Made by a program: the position numbers and the translations under genes. This document shows, piece after piece, positions 19,328 through 27,700 of a DNA stretch of 64,000 bases. The stretch is from a virus. The number at the start of each line of letters is the position of its first letter. Within the stretch, counting starts at the first letter, position 1. The notes below the pieces were generated by a model, which saw only the letters and a program-made list of their open reading frames with translations, searched no databases and had not been told where the DNA came from. The stretch is from IMG/VR virus record IMGVR_UViG_3300022213_000237, positions 64,001 through 128,000 of that record; one strand, written 5' to 3'.

Positions 19328-20584
19328 TCAACGGCGTTTCGGGTTTGTGAAACCAAGCTCCTCGTCTTTGGGTTGCCACACAATAGATACATTCTCTTTT
19401 GCTCTAGTCACGGCAGTATAAATCCATCTTCTACCTTCTAGCGTGAAGGGTTGGACCGAGCGCTCAATGACCACGAGCACGTCGCTATATTCCGAGCCCT
19501 GACACTTATGCGCAGTCAACGTGTATCCGAACGAACAATGCAAATACGGAATGTCTCTACCGATTTTGAAGTTACTTACTAATTCTAGGGCGGCGATTCC
19601 TACGTTTTCGCATCGACCAAAGACTGCTTGCGGTGATAGCGAGCACTCTTGGCCCTCAACAAGTCCGACACCAAACGACGAAGAAGTTTCCTGCTGCTTC
19701 CAGTGGTCCCAGACCTTCCACTGCTGGCCGGGGCTGCGCTTCCATTCGTCGAATCGCAGTACTTCGCCATTGAAGCGCTGTAACTGATAGCTGTTGCGCA
19801 ATACCAACAAAGGCTCGCCGTCGTGTAGACTTCGGTCACTTAATTTTTTGTGCTCGCGAATTCTTCGGTTGAGTTCGAGGCGGGAGCTGTTGCGATGACA
19901 AATAGCTACCCCATTTTTAGGTAATATCTCTAAATGCTTTTCCAGCATTTTATCTGTCGAAACTCGGGGCAGCTCCATGACGGCATCAAGGACGTTGCCT
20001 TCTCGTAGTCTCGCTCCCGCACGAATAATAGGGCTTTCTAGCGCTTGGCGTGTAATTTCGGTCAAATCGGATTGAAGGTCGAAGGTGAAGTCCGGAAGGA
20101 GCAGACCAAATGGTTCACTGCTGTCGGTTTGAACCGGTGGCAATTGGAAAGAGTCTCCGACGCAAAGAATATGGCAGTCCAAATTCTTGGCCACGTCAAC
20201 AATATCTTCCCACACTTGAAGACCTACCATCGAAGCTTCTTCTACGACTATCAGACCGCTGTCGGGACGTTCGATATCGTCAACCCCCTTGCGTTGATAA
20301 CGTATTTCGCCAGACAGTGGATCTTGCTTGGGAAGATAGATGAAGCTGTGAATTGTTCGAGCCGGTAGTCCCGTAGCTTCTGTAACACGTACGGAAGCTT
20401 TACCCGTGGGAGCAATGATAGCCATTTCGCCAATTTCGTGCCCGAAGACCCGAATCATGGACGTCTTTCCTGTGCCAGCGGGTCCGCGTAAGACCCCAAT
20501 TTTAGGACGGTCGTGAGGAAGCTTTACGAGCTTCTTGACCATGGCCAGAGCTTCGTGTTGGCCCTTTGTTAGCTCGAAACTCAT
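19328..20584 (-). CDS. SF1 (Dda/RecD-like) DNA helicase
   Basis: GPAGTGKT, APTGKA, VVEEASMV, VGDSFQLPPV, YTLTAHKCQGSEY, WIYTAVTRAK. Confidence 0.92.
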   Translation of the reverse strand: MSFELTKGQHEALAMVKKLVKLPHDRPKIGVLRGPAGTGKTSMIRVFGHEIGEMAIIAPTGKASVRVTEATGLPARTIHSFIYLPKQDPLSGEIRYQRKGVDDIERPDSGLIVVEEASMVGLQVWEDIVDVAKNLDCHILCVGDSFQLPPVQTDSSEPFGLLLPDFTFDLQSDLTEITRQALESPIIRAGARLREGNVLDAVMELPRVSTDKMLEKHLEILPKNGVAICHRNSSRLELNRRIREHKKLSDRSLHDGEPLLVLRNSYQLQRFNGEVLRFDEWKRSPGQQWKVWDHWKQQETSSSFGVGLVEGQECSLSPQAVFGRCENVGIAALELVSNFKIGRDIPYLHCSFGYTLTAHKCQGSEYSDVLVVIERSVQPFTLEGRRWIYTAVTRAKENVSIVWQPKDEELGFTNPKRR

Positions 20585-20733
20585 AGATCTACCCAGACAG
20601 GGTGACCGCAACGAGCACAGTTGAAGTCTTCTGGATCTTCATTAAGGTAATGACCTCTAAAGAGGCAAATCAAACGGCGCCAAAGGCTAAATGAGGTGGC
20701 TTCTTCCACCACCCCATTTAGCAGTTAGATCGT

Positions 20734-21714
20734 TCACGCGATACGCGTCATTTGCATCACGGTCTGGAACGCTTGAGCCTTCATGGCCACTCCGGAACCA
20801 AACCAGGCGGAGGTAGCGCGAGTAGATTCTGCGGTAGCGTCATTGAAGGTACGGGTGCCGCGCTCGTAGTCAACGAACTCAACGACGGCGTTCAGTCCTG
20901 CCCAAGCCGTCCCGACTATGCCTGATTCCTGGTGACCGCGACCTTGAGTAAACAGTTCCACCACTTTCTCGCGATTGGATTCAGTCCTTCCCGACAGCTC
21001 TTTCGTTTCCCCGCTTTCATCTACTTTATTGGGGAACACCGTGGCGGCAAGTTCCTTCATCTGATTATCAGAGAATGGGGTCCGCGCCATCTTGTCGGCG
21101 AGAATCTCGAATTGAGAGTAATAGCTGTTGGCCGCGCCCAGTGACTTGCGAGCCTCATTTAGCTTATTCATTCCCTTCACGGTGTGACGGATTGCAACCG
21201 ATTCGCGAAAGCGATTCATCACGGCCCGGATTTGGTTAGAGCAATACAGGCGGAAGGGTGAGAACAGGGACCGGTACATCTGGCTTCCATCGTGTGAATT
21301 GATGATGGTGAGAAACTTGGCGACTTCGTCACCCGTGGGTCCGATTTTCATCCTCCCAGGTAATTCAAGCGAGAAGAAGGTGGCTGCGCCGCCATTAAAG
21401 GTGCCGGCTCGAATCATCTTGCACCCGCCTTCGTTCACAAAGTCTTCGACGATAGCCAGTGCGTCACGGTTCTGGAACGGTTGGTACTTGGCGCCGACAA
21501 TACCTAGGGGTGCAAGCGTGTCGGTGCGGACGATGGTTTTGAAGTCTGGAACCTCGACAATACGGTCTCCGACCATGGTTTGCACCGGGCCGGGCGCCAC
21601 ATTCCAGTCGAGTCCAGCCATACTTATAGCCGTTTGAAAGTCCCCGGCTTTGCTGATGTCTTTACCAAAGCCGCCTAAGCGGGGTCCAAGTTGGGTGAGA
21701 GTTTGCTTCTGCAT
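20734..21714 (-). CDS. DUF932-family protein
   Basis: AGLDWNV, LGIVGAKYQPFQN, NSHDGS..RLYCSNQ, IRHT, GTAWAGLNAVVEFVD. Confidence 0.85.
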   Translation of the reverse strand: MQKQTLTQLGPRLGGFGKDISKAGDFQTAISMAGLDWNVAPGPVQTMVGDRIVEVPDFKTIVRTDTLAPLGIVGAKYQPFQNRDALAIVEDFVNEGGCKMIRAGTFNGGAATFFSLELPGRMKIGPTGDEVAKFLTIINSHDGSQMYRSLFSPFRLYCSNQIRAVMNRFRESVAIRHTVKGMNKLNEARKSLGAANSYYSQFEILADKMARTPFSDNQMKELAATVFPNKVDESGETKELSGRTESNREKVVELFTQGRGHQESGIVGTAWAGLNAVVEFVDYERGTRTFNDATAESTRATSAWFGSGVAMKAQAFQTVMQMTRIA

Positions 21715-21749
21715 TGTGTTCTCCTATTTTGCTGCGGTTGATGTTCCTA

Positions 21750-21778
21750 CTTATACAGTACCGTTTAAGTGCTGTCAA
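21750..21778 (-). promoter_or_regulatory. Strong sigma70-like early promoter
   Basis: TTGACA-17nt-TATAAG upstream of AGGAG RBS of the DUF932 gene. Confidence 0.8.
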
Positions 21779-21812
21779 GTGGATTGTTTTAACCGTGCAA
21801 TATAGAAGTAAC

Positions 21813-22103
21813 TTAGCGGCCCGAGGGAGTCTCTGGATCCGGCATTAAAGCTTGTTGTTTTTTGACTGTGGGTTTCGGTGGAGACTCTTCTTGTGGCCCG
21901 TTTTTAGCCGACATCCATTTGACGGCGGCGTTCCCTGAAACGTACAGACCAGCGGCGCCAAGCAGGAACATAAACAACTCTGCCAGAGTCACAGCCAAAG
22001 CAGGATATTTGGCCGTAAGTAACCACGCACCTAGACCTAAAATCATGACGATGTACGCCATGACGAGCTTCCTGCTCTTGTATCCACCGTCTCTTCGGTC
22101 CAT
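21813..22103 (-). CDS. Holin-like membrane protein (2 TM)
   Basis: KSRKL followed by two TM helices and a charged tail. Confidence 0.55.
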   Translation of the reverse strand: MDRRDGGYKSRKLVMAYIVMILGLGAWLLTAKYPALAVTLAELFMFLLGAAGLYVSGNAAVKWMSAKNGPQEESPPKPTVKKQQALMPDPETPSGR

Positions 22104-22105
22104 TT

Positions 22106-22462
22106 TTATGATGTCCAACCCACGAGCTTCGCGATACTGGCCGCAATGCCAACCAAGACACCTATGAAGGTCATAATTTTTGCGATTGCTCCCACCACAG
22201 CCACATGAGTGGAGATGGGTTTGACCTCGCTTCGAATTTGTTCGAGATGTTGTTCTACTTCGTGACGAAAGGCGTCAAAATGTTGACTGACTTCGGAACG
22301 GTGCTGTTCAAGATTTGCTTCCTGAGTGTCAGACCTTTTGATATGATGTTCGAGCTGAACCGCTTGTCGACCTAGCGTCTTGTCTACACTAGCAAGATGC
22401 TCTGACTGTTTGTCGATTTTAGCTTCTAGGCGGATAACGATGTCTTTGAGCGGGCTCTTCAT
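22106..22462 (-). CDS. Coiled-coil protein with C-terminal TM (lysis-cassette type)
   Basis: Heptad repeats then a hydrophobic C-terminus. Confidence 0.55.
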   Translation of the reverse strand: MKSPLKDIVIRLEAKIDKQSEHLASVDKTLGRQAVQLEHHIKRSDTQEANLEQHRSEVSQHFDAFRHEVEQHLEQIRSEVKPISTHVAVVGAIAKIMTFIGVLVGIAASIAKLVGWTS

Positions 22463-22475
22463 CGGCTACCTCCCC

Positions 22476-22781
22476 TTAGAACCAATTCCAGGTACGAGCG
22501 TACATGTCGGTTTGTTCGTTCTGGGTGAGCATCGCGTTCTGAGCCACGGTGTACGCACTGCAATTGTAGAGCGATAGGAGGCTCTCGAGTCGGACAGTTA
22601 GAACCGTAGCGGAAACGATTTCATCGATAATCAATTCCACGGCATCGGTGTTGTCGTCTCTCAAAAAAACACGGGCACCCTTACGAAATCCAGCAGTTGA
22701 AGCAAAAGTTAATCGACCGTTTGATCCGCCATCAACGCTTAATGCTGTACTCTGATAAGGGGTTTGAAGATCTGTCGCCAT
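22476..22781 (-). CDS. Small probable virion protein
   Basis: Beta-rich composition (LTFASTAGFRKGARVFL); upstream TAATCT motif. Confidence 0.55.
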   Translation of the reverse strand: MATDLQTPYQSTALSVDGGSNGRLTFASTAGFRKGARVFLRDDNTDAVELIIDEIVSATVLTVRLESLLSLYNCSAYTVAQNAMLTQNEQTDMYARTWNWF

Positions 22782-22847
22782 AGAGAGCCTAACTCCGGTG
22801 AGTTACAATTGTCACCGTGTAGATTACCGCTCTCCAATTTTGCTCAA

Positions 22848-23348
22848 TTACCGGCGTTTCAGGCCGCGTTTCTTCTTAAGTTTAAGCGCCTTGGGTGCAT
22901 CAGGACCCAAAGTCTTCTGGAGTTCAGTTCGTACCAATCCAGGAACGATGTCGAGCCCTTTAGTCAGAGTCTTTTTAGCCTCATGTCGCGCCACGATCCC
23001 AATTTGATTGGCTATTTTAGCTTCCTGCATGAACTTCTCATCTTCGTCAATCCTGTCTGTCTTTTGATGAAGTTGCGATTCAATGCCCAATAATTTATTG
23101 GCCTGGTCAACAGAGTGGGCGTGAAGTCCGTTCACTCTACCCTCCAGCACCACCAGCTGGCCGCGCATTTCCCCAATACGTTGCCCCAATGACCCGAAAA
23201 GTTGAATAATTTGGTCGATCTTTGCGACTTCGTCTGCGTCCCGCGCTTTGCGGGAACAGTAATTTGGGAAAATTTTCATCAACAAACGGGACTTGACGCC
23301 AAGCATTAAATTGAAGAGATTAAGGATAAAAAGTTTGATTTTAGTCAT
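22848..23348 (-). CDS. Hypothetical coiled-coil protein
   Basis: 166-aa ORF. Confidence 0.6.
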   Translation of the reverse strand: MTKIKLFILNLFNLMLGVKSRLLMKIFPNYCSRKARDADEVAKIDQIIQLFGSLGQRIGEMRGQLVVLEGRVNGLHAHSVDQANKLLGIESQLHQKTDRIDEDEKFMQEAKIANQIGIVARHEAKKTLTKGLDIVPGLVRTELQKTLGPDAPKALKLKKKRGLKRR

Positions 23349-23369
23349 AGACTCTAATTAGCTGGGAGA

Positions 23370-23933
23370 TCATGTTTGTTGGTCAGTTACTGATGCGGTG
23401 CTCCAATAGTCTTCTCCAAACCATATTTTCCACTCAGCGGGCATCCACGGCTTGTAGCGTAGGCCCTTACGGAAATTCTCTGGAAGACTGTCGGGTTTGA
23501 TTGGTTTGGAACGCAGTCTCATTCCCGCTTCTTGTGGTGTGCGGTCTCTCTTTTTGCCGTTACACTCTACACAGGCAACAACTATGTTGTCCCAAGTTGT
23601 TTTGCCGCCACGAGATTTTGGGATAACGTGGTCGTAAGTGTAGGTGGATCGAGGTACATCTCGTCCGCAGTACTGACACTTCCCAAAATCTCGAGCCCAT
23701 ATGTGGTCTCGTGAAAATTTGAGTGCTTTCTTTTTGGTCTTGCTAAACTTCACGTGGCGAACCACCGAGGGCATACGGTGAGTGGCGTTAGCCGACCGCA
23801 CCACCCTGTCTTCGTAAGTGGATATTATTTCTACTCGTTCCGAGGCCTGCTCCGAATAGAGCTTAATGAATGCGTCTTTCCAGGATACGATATTTACAGG
23901 CTGATAGGCGCTGTTAAGCACTAACACGTCCAC
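23370..23933 (-). CDS. HNH endonuclease (McrA-like)
   Basis: VLVLNSAYQP; RDFGKCQYCG..TYDHVIPKSRGG..WDNIVVACVECNGKK. Confidence 0.92.
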   Translation of the reverse strand: MDVLVLNSAYQPVNIVSWKDAFIKLYSEQASERVEIISTYEDRVVRSANATHRMPSVVRHVKFSKTKKKALKFSRDHIWARDFGKCQYCGRDVPRSTYTYDHVIPKSRGGKTTWDNIVVACVECNGKKRDRTPQEAGMRLRSKPIKPDSLPENFRKGLRYKPWMPAEWKIWFGEDYWSTASVTDQQT

Positions 23934-23975
23934 GACGCAACGCCCTTTCTTGAGTGTGTATCCAGGTTTAGTAGC

Positions 23976-24236
23976 TTATTGATCTATAATCAATTCGTAG
24001 GTGCTATTTTCTGTATTGAATACGATTCGTTGTCCGTTATGTGAAGTGATTTGCTTCACTGGAGAGGTTACCACGACACGAGCCCCTACTCCCGTCAGAG
24101 GCTGATCATTAGCCAGTTGAAATGGCCAACCCACTTTTGGTTCGATCAAAAACGAACCACGCACAGAAGCGGTTCGCAACGGGTTGGCGCTTTTGGCTTC
24201 GGTGATGTTCCCGAGCTTGGTGAGTGTGCCAATCAT
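23976..24236 (-). CDS. Hypothetical phage protein
   Basis: TSPVKQI..FNTENSTYEL; ATGA overlap with dut. Confidence 0.6.
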   Translation of the reverse strand: MIGTLTKLGNITEAKSANPLRTASVRGSFLIEPKVGWPFQLANDQPLTGVGARVVVTSPVKQITSHNGQRIVFNTENSTYELIIDQ

Positions 24237-24688
24237 TTGGTGCCGCTGCTCCCGAATCCGCCAGAACCTCTTTGAGTATCAGAGAGTTCCACAACTTCTT
24301 CGACAATGGGCTGAATCACGGGCGCGATCACCAACTGGGCGATTCTATCTCCATCAGAAATAACAACCGGTTCTGTTCCAGTATTCTGAAGGATTACGCA
24401 TACTTCGCCTCTGTAATCGCTATCGATGGTGCCGGGACTGTTGAGAACCATCAGACCTACCTTGAGAGCTAGACCGCTACGCGACCGCACCTGCGCCTCG
24501 TAGCCTGGTGGGATTTCGATGGCGATGCCAGTGGGGATAAGAGCGCGGTTAAAGGCTCTTATCTTCACCTCTTCGTATAAATTTGCGTGAAGGTCCATCC
24601 CCGCGCTACCAGGAGTAGCGTATTGGGGGATTTTGGCTTTTTCTGTCAAGCGTTTAATCTTTACTATGGGTCGTGTATTTATTGTCAT
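24233..24688 (-). CDS. dut: dUTPase
   Basis: GSAGMDL, RSRSGLA, NSPGTIDSDYRGE, GDRIAQ, RGSGGFGSSG. Confidence 0.97.
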   Translation of the reverse strand: MTINTRPIVKIKRLTEKAKIPQYATPGSAGMDLHANLYEEVKIRAFNRALIPTGIAIEIPPGYEAQVRSRSGLALKVGLMVLNSPGTIDSDYRGEVCVILQNTGTEPVVISDGDRIAQLVIAPVIQPIVEEVVELSDTQRGSGGFGSSGTK

Positions 24689-24785
24689 ATTTTATCCACT
24701 GGCACTTCATATCGGATTGATCTACCAAGCATAATCTTGAATACGTGGAAGGTGTGCAAAACCCACCACATACTAAGGATAATTC

Positions 24786-27700
24786 ATGGCAGGCGAAATC
24801 CCCACTCCCAGATCTTACCAGAGTCTCCTTGGAGATATGATTGATGGCTTTTTGAGCCGTTTCGGTCTTCGAGGCTTACGTGTTGGCGGCCCGATTTTAA
24901 GTATTCTGGAAGACGCGGCCCAAAGCGATTTGCGCGGTTCCCAAGATATCTTTAATCTGCTAGACGCCACAGACATTGACAGAGCCACAGGCTTAGCGCT
25001 GGACCGTAAAGCACTGGACGAAGACCTGTCTCGTTTTCCCATAAAGGCGTCGACCGGTTTTTTAACCATCATCGACAATTCTTTTACCAAAATTTCGTCC
25101 AAAGTTTACCCCGGTGCGGCAGCACCTAATGCCGGTACGACTGTCCTGAAGGTATCTGATGCCTCGGACTTTCCATCCACGGGTCAAGTCTATATTGGTC
25201 GCAATACTTCAAATTTTGAAGGTCCACTTTCGTATACGTCACCAGTTGCAGCCGGTACTTATTGGACCATCACTCTGACGAGCCCCACACTCAGATTCCA
25301 TGATGTGAATGAGACCGTGACCGTGGCTCAGGGCGGTGACCGCGTGGTCGCTGCAGGTACCATCGTACGAACATCACTCAATAATGTGGGGCCGAGCGTA
25401 AACTACAGCATCACGAACCCCGCAACCCTAGTAGACGGCGAAACCGAAATCGATGGGGTATCAATTATTTGTCAACAGCCGGGTACGATTGGCAACGTCA
25501 TTGCCGGCGCAATCAGCGAATTCTCCTCGCCCCCATTTGTGGGTGCTACCTGTACTAACCCTTTACCTATCGACAACGGCCAACCCACGGAAAACGACAA
25601 TTCGTTACGTGAACGTATTAAGGCCACGCGCCAATCACGCGCACGAGGAACTCCGTTAGCTCTCATTACTAACGCAAAAGGAGTTGTTGCCCCAGACGAA
25701 AACAAATCTGTCGTTAGCGCCAACGTGTTTCAGCCCGAAGGCGAGCCCGCGATTTTGTTTATTGATGACGGTACGGGATACGAAGAAGTCGATGAGTCTG
25801 TGGCTCTGGACGTTATCGTCGACGAGGCCTTGGGTGGTGAACAATACCTTAAGCTTTCTACCACGCTGCTACCCGTTACTCAAGCATTTGTCACCTCCAC
25901 TAGCACTACACCGTTTGCGATATCGCCTGGAGCCAAATTGGCGATCAAAGTAGCCGGTGTTTTATCCGAACATACTTTTGAAAACAGCGAGTTCAGGAAT
26001 ATATCCAACGCCACCGCTTACGAAGTAGTTTCGGCAATTAACGGCGACCCGGATCTACTATTCTCTGCTCGTACTGCCAACAATGGGACCAAAGTAGTTT
26101 TATTTGCGCGTACTGACAGTAACGAAGACATTGAAGTTGTAACGCCTGATACCGGTATTGACGCCAACACGTATTTCAATTATCCGGTAGGTACTAATTA
26201 TACTTTGCGTCTTTACAAGAACGACCAGCTTCTTTTCAAAGACGGCAAGACCGCAATCGTAGTTTCTGCGCCACAAAGCAATTGGAGCCCTACCATAGCC
26301 TCTGGAGTTTACCTCAAGCTTAAGGTCGATAGTACACCTGCAATGGTCTACAAAATTGTAGACGCGGATTTTATTAACGCAGGCACTGCATACACGACCG
26401 TCGATAAAGACAACTCCCTTGAATCCTGGGCAAGCGTTCTGAATTCTAGAATACCTGGCATTGATTGCACGGTATCCGCTGGACGTTTGCAACTTGTATC
26501 AAACCGTGGAGCTTCTGGCGTTGCAGCCATCACCATTAGTCAACCCTCAGGCGGTGACAAGGATACCGATGGCGTAACCGTAGTTAACCCATCCAACAAC
26601 TTAGTCCAGAAGGGAGTGTTTACCAGCACCATTGGCTTGACGGCCTCTGGTCGTAACAACGACTACACCCTTAATCGTAATACTGGTGAACTTAAGCTTT
26701 CGGTACCTCTCGCCGAAGATGATGTCCTTTCTGCGGGCACGCTCTTCACGCGCGCATACATCCAAAGCGATGAAATCGCGTCTGGTGTTATTACGTTGGC
26801 CTCAAACGCTAACCTGTTTTTTGTCGTAGATGGGGACGCGTCTATCGTTTCGACGGGTTTGACGGCAGCAACGGAGCTGGATTTGACTAACCCCGCAGGA
26901 GAAAGAAGGCGTTATGCTACCAATCCAAGCGTGGCAATTTTTCAAAACGTTCAGGTTGGCGACTGGCTAGCCTTATGGGACCCCGCGTTTACTGTTCGCG
27001 GGGCGTGGCGCGTTTCTTTTGTTGACCCCGCGTTCACGTATTTTGAAGTCGAACGCAACGTCGCTCACGTAAACGAACTCGGAATCGCCCCCGCTGCTAA
27101 CGGCATGGTGTTTGTTCGTACAGCCGCGCCACTACAACAAGTTGTTGTTTCGTCAGGCGCTAATCGCTTGCTTTCGTCCATTGCGACAGACATTACTGAT
27201 GGTCTAGAAGGCGCCACCGCCTCAGCATATCGTTCCACTTATTTGCGAGTGACAACCGACACCTTTGGATCCAACGGTTCTATTTTCCTCGCTACCGCCG
27301 ATACCGTGGGTCAACAGCTTCTGCTGCCTCGTGGTACTTTGAAGGTGAACTCAACTAACCATCTACCCGCAATAGAATCGGCAAATCGCGAGGCGGGAAC
27401 CCCTAATTTTACTCTGGGTACTATTAGTACGTTGCCTGGCACTCTAGGAACTCAACTAACCCAAGCTGGCGCCACGCTCGATATCGGTGGTCTAATTTAT
27501 TGGCCCCGCCGTCTTTATGGCACAAACGGTGGTTTTGGTAATCTGGTAGACCAGTGGACTCCAATTGATAGTGTCGCTGCGGGTACATACGATTTACGTA
27601 AAACCATGGCCGGTGCCGCGCTCAGCGATCCAATCATTTCGGTTTCTCCATACTCTATAAGCTACGAAGATAACTTAAGCGTCATCCTCGACAGGCAAGA

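Noticed and set aside
23370-23933. HNH next to dut as a mobile intron endonuclease
   Set aside because: Neighbouring genes are intact and it resembles the common stand-alone McrA-like family
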